From Octopus vulgaris (taxonomy: Eukaryota), in NCBI GenBank assembly GCA_951406725.2, contig OX597831.1, positions 48,174,001-48,238,000 of the forward strand: DNA of 64,000 nt, in the 5' to 3' direction. Every line of letters starts with the position of its first letter. The first letter of the stretch is position 1. The notes beneath the pieces are model-generated. The model searched no databases. It saw only the letters and a list, made by a program, of their open reading frames with translations, and had not been told where the DNA came from. The position numbers and the translations under genes are program-made. Of this stretch, positions 1-13,341 are shown one piece after another.

Positions 1-220
1 AAAATTTCTGATTTAAGGGATAATCCAACTGTAGCACTGTGGTTTTGCTGGGGATCAATTTTGCTTTAGTTCTGTAATTTCGTTGATTACTAATCCAGCT
101 GTAGTGTTATTGTTTCGCTGAGAATCAACCCAACTGTAGAATTAGGATCCATCTGAGAGCTAATTCAGCCTTCATGTGATTTAGTTGAACATCAGATCAA
201 TCTGTAGTTAAGCTGTGCCT
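1..220. repeat. Degenerate ~35-bp tandem repeat array, left part
   Basis: Units approximating tgaggatcaatccagctgtagcactgtggtttaac recur every ~35 bp. Confidence 0.75.
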
Positions 221-348
221 TAACCATTTAGCATTTAATCTGGCTGTATCCAGCCCAAGTATTCTACCTGTTTTATGTTGAAATAGACCTGGTTCAACCT
301 CTCACACCTACCCTGCAATGTTATTCTAAAAATATACAAACACACACA

Positions 349-1082
349 GGCACAGGCGTGGCTGTGTGGTAAGATGCGAGCTGGCAGAAACGTTAGCACG
401 CCAGGCAAAATGCGTAGCCGTATTTCGTTTGCCGTTACGTTCTGAGTTCAAATTCCGCCGGGATCGACTTTGCCTTTCATCCTTTCGAGGTCGATAAATT
501 AAGTACCAGTTACGCACTGGGGTCGATATAATCCCCTTAATCCATTTGTCCTCTCTGTGTTTAGCCCCTTGTGGGTAGTAAAGAAATAGGTATTTTGTTC
601 TGAGTTCAAATTCCGCCGAGGCCGACTTTGCCTTTCATCCTTTCGGGATAGATAAATTAAGTACCAGTTACACACTGGGGTCGATGTAATCGACTTAATA
701 CCAATGTATGTCCTTACTTGTCCCCTCTGGGTTCAGTTCTACTGTGTGGCACCTTTGGCAAATGTTTCTGCTATAGCCTTGGGCCGGCCAAAATCTTGTG
801 AGTGGATTTGGTAGACAGAAAGTGAAAGAAGCCTGTTGTATATATGTATATGTATGTATCTATGTGAGTGTATCTTTGTGTCTGTGTTTGTCCCCCATCA
901 CCACTTGACAACCAGTGTTGGTGTGTTTACATCCCTGTAATTCAGTGGTTCAGCAAAGAGACTGGAATGAGTACCAGACTTAAAAAAGATAAGTACTGGG
1001 GTTGATTTGTTCAACTAAAACCTTTCAAGGTGGTGCCCCAGCATGGCCACAGTCAAATGACTGAAATAAGTGAAAGATAAAG
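349..1082 (+). mobile_element. tRNA-derived SINE family A, interrupted by family B copies
   Basis: Head ggcgtggctgtgtggtaag resumes at ~727 with ggttcagt...ggcacctttggcaa (CORE-like), then an internal (TA/TG)n, then tail cagcatggccacagtcaaatgactgaaa. Confidence 0.85.
378..728 (+). mobile_element. SINE family B (Deu/Nin-like core), partial tandem dimer
   Basis: gcgagctggcagaaacgttagcacgcc head, with ctgagttcaaattccgcc (B box) and gactttgcctttcatcctttcg..gataaattaagtaccag each present twice. Confidence 0.85.
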
Positions 1083-1126
1083 GACACCATTGAAATCTCA
1101 AAGCTACAAGATATTGCATGGTTAAT

Positions 1127-1522
1127 GTGGATGTGTGATAAGTAGCTTGCTTACCAACCACATGGTTCCGGGTTCAGTCCCACTGCGTAGCACCTTGGGC
1201 AAGTGTCTTCTACTATAGCCTCGGGCCGACCAAAGTTTTGTGAGTGGATTTGGTTGAAGGAAACTGAAAGAAGCCCGTCATATATATATATATGTATATA
1301 TGTATGTGTGTGTGTGTGTGTTTATGTTTGTGTGTCCGTGTTTGTGCACCCAACATCACTTGACAACCGATGCTGGTGTGTTTACGTCCCCATCACTTAG
1401 CGGTTTGGCAAGAGAGACTGATAAAATAAGTACTAGGCTTACAAAGAATAAGACTTGCTTGACAAAAGGTGGTGCTTCAGCATGGCCGCAATCAAATGAC
1501 GGAAACGAATAAAAGAATAAAT
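1127..1522 (+). mobile_element. SINE family A, near full length
   Basis: Matches copies at 15497-15900(+), 22590-23032(-), 33655-34090(+), 57863-58275(-) and 60440-60830(-). Confidence 0.9.
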
Positions 1523-1564
1523 AGGCAATACATTTGACAAAGAGATCTGAAAGCCAAAGATCAA

Positions 1565-1874
1565 CTGTGGAACAGATCAAATTTATTGTTGTGGTTTAAG
1601 TGAGGATTTATCCTACTGGAGTTACTGTGGTTTATCTGAGAACTAATACAGCTATAGGGCTAGGGTTTAGCTGAAGAATAATCCAGAGGTAACACTGTAT
1701 TTTAATTGAGGATCAATCAAGTGTTTGTGTGTCTGTAAACTAGTCTAGCTGCAGCATTATGATTCAACTGATGATAAATCCACCAGTAAAACTGTTGATT
1801 AAGTGAAGATCAATCCAGCTGTAACTTAGTGATTCCATTGAGAAACTGATTCAGTTGTAAGGCTATGGTTTAAC
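1565..1874. repeat. Degenerate ~35-bp tandem repeat array, right part
   Basis: About 8 units, e.g. tgaggatttatcctactggagttactgtggtttatc | tgagaactaatacagctatagggctagggtttagc | tgaagatcaatccagctgtaacttagtgattccat. Confidence 0.8.
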
Positions 1875-2198
1875 AATTTAAAATCCGCAACTCACTCTAT
1901 AATCATTACTATCTCCCTAGGATTTTATTTTACAATCCTCCAAATAATAGAATATATAGAAGCATCATTTTCTATTTCAGATAGAATTTATGGTTCAACC
2001 TTTCTTGTAGCAACAGGTTTTCACGCTTTACATGTAATTATTGGATCAACCTTCCTCCTAATATGTCTATTACGAATCTTAATAAATCATTTTTCCTCTT
2101 CACACCATTTTGGGTTCGAAGCCGCAGCTTGATATTGACATTTTGTAGACGTAGTATGACTGTTCTTATATACTTTTGTATATTGATGAGGTTCATAA
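1872..2198 (+). pseudogene. COX3: NUMT: 3' part of mitochondrial cytochrome c oxidase subunit III
   Basis: Invertebrate mitochondrial code translation is uninterrupted: [61 protein letters not shown]...[31 protein letters not shown]. It is 5'-truncated and flanked by nuclear repeats. [12 protein letters not shown] deviates from the conserved TFFVATGFHGLH. Confidence 0.97.
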
Positions 2199-2216
2199 AA
2201 TAACTATTATTAATTT

Positions 2217-2284
2217 TATTAAGTGGCTGAAACCAAATAAGCACTAGACTTTTAATCTAGCTATGATTATATAATCCTTAATGG
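2217..2284 (+). tRNA. trnK: NUMT copy of mitochondrial tRNA-Lys(UUU), presumably non-functional
   Basis: Acceptor stem tattaag/cttaatg and anticodon arm ctaga-ct-TTT-aa-tctag, directly after the cox3 stop. Confidence 0.9.
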
Positions 2285-2350
2285 TATTATATTTTATATA
2301 AGAAAATTTAACTTGCAATTAAAAAGTAATAACTAATTTATTTAATACCA
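2283..2350 (+). tRNA. trnA: NUMT copy of mitochondrial tRNA-Ala(UGC), presumably non-functional
   Basis: Acceptor stem ggtatta/taatacc and anticodon arm tttaa-ct-TGC-aa-ttaaa. Confidence 0.9.
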
Positions 2351-2389
2351 TTCAAGAAATGAATTTTCATATATGGTCTCGACTCATAA
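2351..2389 (+). pseudogene. trnR: NUMT: 5' half of mitochondrial tRNA-Arg(UCG), truncated
   Basis: Anticodon arm tatgg-tc-TCG-ac-tcata. Position fits the cox3-K-A-R order; the sequence breaks off after the anticodon arm. Confidence 0.75.
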
Positions 2390-2734
2390 TCAATCCATGT
2401 ATTATTCTGTATAGAGATAAAAAGATCAAAATATGAGCCAACAAGGGGAGCTCTACTGGGGTCATTTTTACCTGTTAGAAATAACAGCAATTTCTCTCTC
2501 AATCACACCTTGCTGTGTTAAATAATTTGACAAATTAATTCCTGACATAGAAAAAGACAGAGATAGTCAGTATTGGAACACTTCCTATCGTAGGTCTTCA
2601 TAGGTCTTCTTGTAATGGAGATAACTAGGGGATTGAAGAAGAAGAAGAACAAGAAGAAGAAGAACAACAACACATAACATCAAAATATAAGTAGTGAAGG
2701 TAATGATAGCAATATCAACACTGATGCGGAACAC

Positions 2735-2984
2735 CATCATCATCATCATCAGCAGCAGCAGCAGCAGTAGCTGTTGTGGTGGTGATGCTGCAGCAGTTGA
2801 GAAAAAGAAAAGTATTAGTTGAGTAGGTAGGGGTTGGTTAACTCAATTATACACCTTCCACTAAATGTGTGACTTAGTCTTGGCATATGAGGTTTCTGCC
2901 GGCTGTATGTACTACTAGCTTGGAGTAGCACCATCATCATCATCACCACCACAACCACCATCATTATCGTCATCAACATCGTCG

Positions 2985-3056
<72 letters not shown>

Positions 3057-3670
3057 TCATCACCACAACCACCACCATCATTATCGTCATCATCATCAAC
3101 TTTACCATCATCATCATCATCATCCTCATTATCATCATCATCATCACCACCACCACCACAACCACCACCATCAGCACCTCTACATTCTCCTCCACTTCCT
3201 CATCATCTTCATCATCATCATCATCTTTAACATCATCATTATCATCATCATCGTCATCATCATCAGCTTTATCATCATCATAATCGTCATCGTCGTCGTC
3301 ATCATCATCATCATCATCATCACCATCATCATCATTGTTGTCATTATTGTCACAATCAACTTTCATGCATTGGGTATTAAAAGTCAGGAAATAATTAAAA
3401 GGAAAAGTAAACCATCATCATTATCTTCATCATCATCACCATTATCACCAACATTATCATCATCATCTTCTGCATCATCATTATCATCACCATTCTCCTC
3501 CTCATCATCATCATCTTCATCATCATCTCTATTATTATCATTATTCTCATCATCATTTTTGCCATTGTCATCACTACCATCCACTCCACTTCCTTCTCCT
3601 CATCTTTCACCTCCTCCTCATCATCATCACCATCCTCATCCTCATCATCATCATAAACAGCACCATAATC
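2735..3670. repeat. Compound (CAT/CAC/CAG)n trinucleotide low-complexity tract
   Basis: Directly visible; it produces the poly-D/M/S/H ORFs in the track. Confidence 0.95.
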
Positions 3671-4141
3671 AATTTTTATTATTAATAATTAAAAATTAAA
3701 ATAAGATAAAAATTAATATAATAAAAGAAATACATAAAAGAAATAATAATTGCATTTTATAATTTATTAACTGCAAAGATCATTGGCTCTGACTTCTAGC
3801 TGCAATCACCTGTCTAATTGCTAGTTTGATCTTATTGATTTTAAATTTTTCTTTCTTTATTGTTGCTGTTCTTCTCCTTCTTTCATTTTTATATTCAATT
3901 AGCAAGAAAGCTATGAAATATTAAGCAGACCAGATTGAGTTTTAATTTGGAATGTCAACTGATGCAGCATCCAGCTGCACACAGAGGGCAAGTTGTAGGT
4001 CTAATACATCTCTTTACTATATAACCTGTATGAAGCCTTCATCAATAATTTAAGTTAAATGATTATTTCTCACATTGCCATAAGTACTTAGATAAAATTG
4101 GCATGCATGCCAGCATATATACATATGTATGTGCATGTGAA

Positions 4142-4234
<93 letters not shown>

Positions 4235-5659
4235 ATAAATATATATATGTGTGGGTGTGTGTATAAATATATATATATATATATATACATATATATATAG
4301 AGAGAGAGAGAGATAGATAGATAGATAGATAAAATTTACTTGGAAAAGGATGCCGATCATATAATAACGTAAATGATATATAAATATATACATATATGTA
4401 CATACCTACATCTATATGTATATATATATATGCATATATGGGCACAGGACATCAAAAAAACGTTGAACACAATGAGAAACGAAAACATAAAAACAAAAAC
4501 ATCGGAACAAACTTTTTTTCAAACAATGAAAAAACAGAGTACAAGACATACAACACAAGGGATATTCCCCTTCTTCAGTTATCCCTGTTTCGTCTACTCC
4601 GCGTTTCATATATATATATTATGTATATGTAGAATAATAAAGAGAAGGTTGTTGGTACAGTTTTATATGTATTTGAAAGAATGTGTAGAGAAGGCTTTTT
4701 TGAGGAGGATAATTTTTATTTTAATCGTAATAATAATGTTTACAGTGAGTTACTCTGATGTGAGTTTCAAACTTCACATAACCGTTTTCAAACTGAAAAA
4801 TATGTTTTACTGGTTGCTTAAATAGGAAAAAATACTTTTTCTTATAAGTATACATACAAAAAAAAAAAATACATAGAAAAGAGAAAAGAATATAAAAAAT
4901 ATTTTTTAAATTTATAAAAAAAAATATATATATATATATATATAATATTAAAGCATGTGTGAAGAAGAAGATGAAGAAGGAGGAGTATGAGGAGAAGCAC
5001 CACAACAACAAAAGGAAGGAAGAAAGAAGGCAAAGAAGGGGAAAGGAGGAGAAGAGAAAAAATGTAAATGAAATCGAGAAAAATGAATATATAAATAAAA
5101 ATAAAATGAAAAATGAAAAAGGAAAAATGAAAAATAAGATTAACAGGAATTCAGAATTTTGGTAGGGAAGATTTAAGTCTATCAAGACTAAGAAAATGGA
5201 GAATTTAGGAATGGACAGTATTGTGTTCTTGTCAAAAGTTGACCTGTGGTGAGGTCACCTATTCAGTTCTCACAGGTGGGATGGTGTATATATACATACA
5301 CACACTTACACACACACACATACGCACATATATGCAAATATACACACATACACACATATATACACACACACATACTAATAAACTTATATCTTGACTTTTA
5401 TACCTTTGCATGTACACGGACATATATGCTTACATATATATGTACATATACATACACGTATACACACACATACATACACACATATATATGGGTTTATATA
5501 TATAAACAGACATATAGACACACCTTCATACATATATGCATATATACACATATATACATATACACATGTCCGGCATTCGCCTTCTGTCCAGCATTTGCCA
5601 TAATAGATCGCTAGCCACTACACATTCTTTATTTTCTCTCCTTGTTTCTTTCAGTGTTC

Positions 5660-5694
5660 CTTTCTGTGGAAGAGCGCAGGATCGAAACGTTAAA
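5660..5694 (+). ncRNA. Hammerhead-like motif with variant core, in a short PLE-type insert (~5570-5770)
   Basis: ttt-CTGTGGA-a-gagc gcag gatc-GAAA-cgtt-aaa; same family as 31204-31241. Confidence 0.5.
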
Positions 5695-5835
5695 TAATTT
5701 TTCACTTCCTGAACATTTATACTAATACATCACCTGTCTTCGTCTTTTGTTTTTTTTTTTGTGAATTCTACACATATACATATATACCCATATATACATA
5801 TATACATACACACATATATATATATATTATAATAT

Positions 5836-5881
<46 letters not shown>

Positions 5882-6544
5882 TAGATATATATATGCATAC
5901 ACACACACACACACATACATATATACATTTATATATAGGCATACACACACATATATTTAGATAGAAGCAATTGTGAGGATAATCAAATTAGACACATCAC
6001 TACATAAAGTAGTATATCAAATACATCAAATACAAAATATGTATGGATGCATAACTTACACAGAATACAAATAACAGAGAAAATTAAAAGGATTACAAGT
6101 CCAATAACTGTTTCTGGGACCTCGAAGATCCATAATAATGTTTGTAGATTTAGTACACATATACATGTGTATGTATGAATGAATGTATGTAAGTATGTAT
6201 GTATGTATGTATGTATGCATGTATGTATGTCATTATTCAGTTTTATTTCTTAAAATTTCTTGGCAATGGAAAAGAGCCGGTTTCTAACCTAGATCCAAGG
6301 CCCCTTCATTGGAATTTGAACAACTCCAACTGGGTATTTTGTATGTACGTATATGTGCAGATTTGTATGCTTTGTTCTATGCATGTCTTCTCATGCATAT
6401 AGTTGTATATCTAGACATGCTCATATATATACTTCAAAGAAAAGTTTTACAAATGGCGGTGCCCCAACAAAATGGCGGTGCCCCAGCATGGCCACAGCTC
6501 ATGAGCTGAAATGGGAAAAATCAAAATCAAAATCAAATATTTAC

Positions 6545-7722
6545 AATTCAAGTGATGGTGTGGATCTTTAGTCTTCAAATCGGCTTTCACCTTTCTGGGT
6601 TTGAGAAACCTAATTTCTTAAAATTGGTATTTAGGCAGTGTGTTACATATCCCACTGCCCCAATAATTACAGGTATAAACAAAGAACTTGTGATCCAGAT
6701 AGAGTAAATGCAAATTTCTCAATAGCTCAGTATAGGCATTCTCTTTTTCACTCATCTTCAGCTTTATGTTAACATCTGCTGAGCAGCTAATTTCAACAAC
6801 TGTACACAGTGTCTCTTCTCTATCCCAAATCCTTATATCAAGTTTATTGTGTTTACATTTTATTGAGGTATTCATTGGGACAATCTCACCAGTACTCCTT
6901 TTTATTATGAGTGGCTATGGCTTCCACCATACCATGGATTCTTATTTCTTTGTCCTTGAGGTTATCCTTTCAACAGATCTTGTTATACAGTGTCCTTGCT
7001 ACAACATCATGTCTCATCAGTAGATAATACCGTGATGACATTTTCAGACAACTGCTTATGATGATGGTGATATCATTGGTGTCAACACCACAAAGTCTGC
7101 ATTGGTTGTCACGTTTTACTGCTTTTCCTGCATCTCTGTCCCTTTTGTGCACCAAGTATTTGGTTGATATTTCTTGTTCCTGGATTGCAAAAGCATACCC
7201 TTCAATGCAGGAAGCAGTAATCCTGTTGTTGGTGCATGTTTAGATGATCAGAGTTACTATAATCTCAGTTTTCTACTAACATATCCATACATGGTCTTCT
7301 CCTCATATACTCTCATCCTTTCATCTGATGACATGTTGCGGTAGAGTCATGCGACCTCTTTGGCATATATTTAAGGTTATCAGAAAAGGAATGCTGCTCA
7401 AGGAGCTGCCTGCCAAGTCTTATGATGTTATCAGCCTCATGTAAACTCGGTCAAGGGATGAACTTCGATACTTGATAGTCAAAAGATGTAGCCAAAGGGA
7501 TATGATACGACATTCAAAGGTAGTTTGAATCGATGTTAAGCTTCTGCTGCCTTGTTGTCATTTTAAGTGGAGGAGGTCTACATTACTGTTTATATGGGAA
7601 TTATGTATGCTTGTTAGTGTCTTCTGTGTTTTCACATCAATGGCTCGGATCTCATCAAGTGTTCAATCAAGCAGCCCAAATATTGGTATGAGTACTGGCA
7701 CTGCAAACACATTGTCAGACAC
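6545..7722 (-). mobile_element. R4/Dong-like non-LTR retrotransposon, decayed 3' fragment
   Basis: Minus-strand pieces read VFAVPVLIPIFGLLD, AFAIQEQEISTKYL, CRLCG..RHDVVAR (zinc knuckle) and KCKHNKLDIRIWD..VEISC.ADVNI (restriction-like endonuclease), with stops and frameshifts. Confidence 0.85.
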
Positions 7723-7763
7723 TGTATGTATGTATGTATGTATGTATGAATGTATGTATGTAT

Positions 7764-7798
<35 letters not shown>

Positions 7799-7848
7799 AA
7801 TGTATGTATGTATGTATCTCTCTCTTTCTCTCTCTCTCTATCTATTTA

Positions 7849-7897
<49 letters not shown>

Positions 7898-8251
7898 GTA
7901 ACTAATTATATATATGTGTGTATGTGTATACACATATAGAAACATACATATCTGTGTGTGCATGTGTGTGTGTGTGTGTGTGTTTTGTTGTTAACTTGTC
8001 TTCACATCATGCAACAGTCATTAACAAGTGACACCAATCTTACAGACCATGTTGTTTGTTTCCAAGCTGTATGCCCATGGGGAGATGATAACTTGCTTAA
8101 GAACAGGTGAGAAGCAGAACATCTGTCGACAGAAAATCTGTGTCAGTTAATTCTGCCTGACTCCAGCAAGCATTGAAAAGTGGATGTCAAACTTGAAGAT
8201 GATGAAAGTAATGCACATATATCCATAACTATCAATCTATTTATCTGTCTG

Positions 8252-8322
<71 letters not shown>

Positions 8323-8393
8323 GTCTGTCTCTCTGTCTGTCTGTCTGTCTGTCTATCTATGTTAATTTTTCTATTTATCTGTCTATTTATCTA

Positions 8394-8425
<32 letters not shown>

Positions 8426-8945
8426 GCTAGCTAGCTACTTGTCTGTCTGTCTGTCTATCTATCTATCTACCTATGTTAATCTATCTATCTATACACATAC
8501 ACACACACACACAAATACACACACACACAAATACACACACACACAAGTACACACACAAACACACCGACACACACACACCCCACACACACATGTGCACACA
8601 CACTCACACACACACACATGGTTATACATGTTGGACTCTCCAGTCAAAAATGACAGATGAAACCAAATATATTTGAATTGAATTTCTTAACCACTCATTA
8701 TGTCTACACCTAAGATAATAAATAGCTTCCACAGGACTTGACCCCACAAACCTACAAGGATAAGGAACCAGCTTAGAAGGCCAAACCCTTATCCTAGTTT
8801 ATTTTTGGAAAGGTTCAGCACAGTAATACAGTACACACTGTGATAATATCCACCATAAGTAACACAAATCATCAATGTTTTAATTCTACAGATTCTGTTC
8901 TAATGGCCAAATTGTCAAATGTGTGTATGTGCATGTGTGCATGGA

Positions 8946-9002
<57 letters not shown>

Positions 9003-9084
9003 TAATCCAAACAAGAAAGCACAAAAAAACACAACAACGCGAGGTCGTGGAACAAATATATTGGACGCTCAGGAAAGAAGGAGG

Positions 9085-9119
9085 GTTTAACGTTTCGAGC
9101 GGAGCTCTTCGTCGGAAAC
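9085..9119 (-). ncRNA. Minimal type-I hammerhead-like motif (CCGACGA core) in a (TA)n-embedded insert (~8998-9192)
   Basis: Minus strand: gttt-CCGACGA-a-gagc tcc gctc-GAAA-cgtt-aaac. Stems I and II pair; stem III is the palindrome AACGTT. Confidence 0.65.
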
Positions 9120-9192
9120 ATAGGAGAAGGAAAGATCCAGAGAAGGGGAAACAGAGGAAAAAAAAAATCACCAACGGTACACACGAGGTCAC

Positions 9193-9242
<50 letters not shown>

Positions 9243-9310
9243 GTTTACAAAATGAGAAAATGGAGAATTACAACCCCTATCTCATTTTATAACTATATTT
9301 ATGTTTATAT

Positions 9311-9682
9311 ACTAGCAATGTCTCCCGACGTTGCCTAGGTGACCTAGAAACACACTGTGTTATTTGCTCCTTTCTTATGGGCAGAATCAGCACAGCTGAT
9401 ATATAGTTAATGGAATAATGAAAGTTATTTTTTGTTTAATAGTGAAGGGCTAGGGTATAATTTGCATGGGTTTGCATGAAAGTGCTTTGTGTTCTTAAGA
9501 AGGATCTGAAACTATGTATTGTTTCATCATATAAATCAGGTTAATACAATTTTGCCCAGAAATCATGTTATCAAAATTTTAATTTCCATCTATCCCCACC
9601 ACAATTTCTTAATTTGTAACATTTTTCAATTTTTTTTTTTTTTGTTATCTACGTAGAAAAATACAGAAATGACAAATGTGGG

Positions 9683-9723
<41 letters not shown>

Positions 9724-10260
9724 ATAGTTTAATTTTTCTTCAAGAAACACCACTTTGCTCACCCATCATACCAAAAATCTCCCCTTCTTTCACTTTTGTC
9801 TGATGTTTCCCGCATGCATAGAATTCTACTGAAATAGTAGACTTAAAAAATACCAGACCACCAGAAAACCCGACATGCTAGAAGCAACAGGTAAATGATA
9901 TTATTTCTGAAGAAACTTCCCTGTTTTCCAAAAAGCTAAAAGTGAACATTGGGAGTGTGTAGCTTTTTGAAAGTGGTGAGGTGATGGGTAAAATTCTTAA
10001 AGATTCATACTCTCTGTTTTTTTCTCCATGTATTACCAAGAATAAAAATTTGAAATAAGTAAAAAATTAATTTGGTGTAGAGAGGGAGAAAATTAAATTA
10101 TTGAGAACATCCTAATCTCCCGTATTGCAAACATAGGAATCAGAAGAAATTTAAGGAAAAAATAAGTGGGGGAGGGGCGGAAATGTCACTTCAGACATGC
10201 TAGAAAGAAGAGATAAAGGACAGAATTTCTGGGAAAACTTCCTATTAAATTTATATTGAA
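9311..10260 (-). mobile_element. Possible non-autonomous Helitron-like element; the far boundary is uncertain
   Basis: Minus strand ends acctaggcaacgtcgggagacattgCTAGt, i.e. a subterminal hairpin plus CTAG. Confidence 0.45.
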
Positions 10261-11465
10261 GATTAGACTTTTAAATACGCTCATCACAAGCACAAATTAC
10301 ACATAGAGAAAGATAATTTCAGTTGGGTTTGAGCTGTAAATTTGCACGTGCACACTGCAAGAATTAACATAATTTGCACAGAAATTTTACCTAAAGTGTG
10401 TGCATGCAGGTGTGTGTGTCAAAGGAAGTTATTTTATGGTGTTCTTTCATTTGAAGAAGCAGTCAATTCGAAATATATGGGATTATATGATTGTTCATTA
10501 ATTTCCCTAAAATTGTTTTAATTTCTGTATGCTTTGAAGAAAACAGAAATTGAGGGAGAGGATAAAATGAAAAGGCGACATTTACTTTGAAGTGAAACAA
10601 GAAAGTAAAAGAGAGGAGAAAGTGTAAGATGTGCGTGTATATGAAATGGATGTGTGTGTGAGTGAAGGTGTGTGTTGTGATGTATGAAATTCTTTGCATG
10701 TATGTGCAAGTGGTACTCACTCTCTCTCTCTCACACACACACATCCACACATTATCTCTCATATAAATGTACATAAATAGAGATAAAGAATACACACACC
10801 ACCCGTTTTCGGCATAACCCTAAACACCAGGAGTGTGTATTCTTGACTTTTGCCCATAAATACATATGCATACATCTTTTTTGTGCATGAGGGTGAGAGA
10901 GAGTGAGGCTGTATTTCCTCATAACATATAGAAAAATTGATGTATTTAATGCAATTTTTTTGGTTGTAGCTTATTTGCTTATTTTAATGCAATATCCATG
11001 TGTACATTTTCATAAATGTTTGTCTGATTAGAATTCTACACATGTGTGAAACATCAGACGAAAGTGATACATTAGAGGCAAATCAAAATATTGTCCAAAA
11101 ACAAACTCAAAATTATGTGACCCAACCTAGTTGCCGAGGTTATGTTGGAAAAAAGAGTTGCTGAGTCAAAAACATAGTTTATTTGGTAGATAGATAATAA
11201 GCATTCTTTATTATATTATACACATGTGACTACTTCAGAGAAACATTACTTTCATTATTCATACATTGTCATTCTTACAATGCAACACTTTGTAATTTTG
11301 GTTCAAATTGAAAGTGTGAAACTAATTTTATTTTCTAGTGAAAGCTGTTCCTTGTAGAGAAGTATATTTGAAATTACTATAGCTGGTTAATGAGAGAACG
11401 TAGAAAATATGTAAATGAAAATAAAGTTTATTTGACATATGTAATTGATTTGATTGTTCTGGAAG

Positions 11466-11668
11466 GTGGCGAGCTGGCAGAATTGTTAGCATGCCGGGCA
11501 AAATGCTTGAGTGGTATTTCACCTGTTCAAATGCTGCCAGGTTCAACTTTGCCTTTCATCCTTTCTCGGTTGCTAAATTAAATACCAGTGAGACGACAGT
11601 GGAGTCGATGTAATCGACTCGTCCCCTCCACCAAAATGTGAGGCCTTGTGCCTATAGTAGAAAGGATT
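11466..11668 (+). mobile_element. SINE family B
   Basis: ggtggcgagctggcagaattgttagc...ctttgcctttcatcc...ggccttgtgcctatagtagaaagg. Confidence 0.85.
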
Positions 11669-11741
11669 TGATTGTTCTGGTCTTAACATCAGTTGGTACG
11701 AATAGAATGAGAATATCATAATTTTCATGGGGATTACCAGC

Positions 11742-11803
<62 letters not shown>

Positions 11804-12058
11804 GACACATATAAGTGTGTAAATATGTATGTCTATATCATCATCATCATTAAGTACCATCCTTTTTTAATGATGGCATGGGTTGGATGGTTCAACAAGA
11901 ACTAGCAAATATCTATAAATACATACATGCATTCAGAAATGTGCATGTATATACATACATACATATATATAATAAATATCACTGAAGCAAAATAACACCA
12001 AATATATAGTGCGTGTGTTTTTATTGGCTAAACTGGCAATATGACCATTCCGAAATAT

Positions 12059-12149
<91 letters not shown>

Positions 12150-12150
12150 T

Positions 12151-12241
<91 letters not shown>

Positions 12242-12482
12242 ATCTCACTGAAATGGAACTAAAGCTGCCTTGGAACTGTGTGTTTGATCAAACAAAAACA
12301 CACTTGAATTACTGGATGGTGATTTTGTTTCAAACAAGTTTCCATTTGGTGAAACATAGATTCAACCAGTTTTAGTTCTAGCTCAATGACTTTAATTATT
12401 CCTCTATCCATGGTATTAAGTACATTTTCCTTCTGTTCATTACTATGTGTGTGTGTGTGTGTCTGTATACACATACGCAAAC

Positions 12483-12518
<36 letters not shown>

Positions 12519-13341
12519 TGTGTGTGTGTATGTATGTATGTATGTATGTGTTTAGTCATATATTTATTATATTTTTTTATATTTGCAAGCATGGGCGATG
12601 CAGACAAATAAATATATTAGCGGAGTCATTGTTTTGCAGTCAGAAGCCCTTCCTGTCATTAACCTATTTTTCAAGTCAGGGTTCTTTTTGTTTCACACAC
12701 CTGGGAAGGTGTGAAGCAAGAGGGAAATTTGTTGATAGGAGAAAGGACAACAATACCAGGTTCAGTGAGCAACATGCATGGAGCCCAAAATGTAAAGGAA
12801 CACACACACCCACACACACACACACACAAACGTGCATGCACTCACACAATGGACTTTTGTTTTAGTTTTTATCTATGAAATCCTCGGGGGAAGCTTTGGT
12901 CAACTTGGAGCTTTCGCAGAAGATGCTTGCCCTAGTTGTCATGCAATGACATTGAACAAAAGCTACATGGTTGGAACAAAAACCTTTTAATCACAGTCAT
13001 GCTTGTACTATAGATATATCTTTGTGTGCGCACACAAATGCACGCTCATGTCTGTATGTGTGTGTGGGATCCTTACCATTATCATTTAACTTCTGTGCTC
13101 CTTGCTGGCATGGGATGGAATGATTTGATAGGATCTAATGTGACTAAGAACTACATTGTGCTCCAATATATGCTTTGACATGATTATTATGGCAGGGTGC
13201 CCTTCCTAATGCCAACCCGTTTACAGCATGGTCTGGGTGCTTTTTTTGTATTGCTTGCACTATTGATGTCACTATGCAGCTCACAGAACTACAAACACTG
13301 TGTGTACATATATATATATGTGTGTATGTGTGTGTGTGTAT

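Larger units (their letters stand above)
220..1564. mobile_element. Probable TTAA-type (piggyBac-like) MITE split by nested SINEs
   Basis: Begins ttaaccatttagcatt and ends in degenerate tctgaaagccaaagatcaa. Its pieces lie at 220-345, 1083-1125 and 1522-1564. Confidence 0.4.

Noticed and set aside
1-1874. 35-bp periodic units as a CRISPR array
   Set aside because: Eukaryotic context, contiguous degenerate units without unique spacers, and no cas genes.
2038-2244. 68-aa minus-strand ORF
   Set aside because: Antisense of the cox3 NUMT.
2815-3699. Long ORFs rich in D/M/V/S/H
   Set aside because: Translations of (CAT)n repeats; no splice or domain evidence.
4050-5950. YI/HT/CV-repeat ORFs (also at ~12000, 21000, 31800, 42900, 46800 and 53300)
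   Set aside because: Dinucleotide microsatellites lack stop codons, so these ORFs are artefacts.
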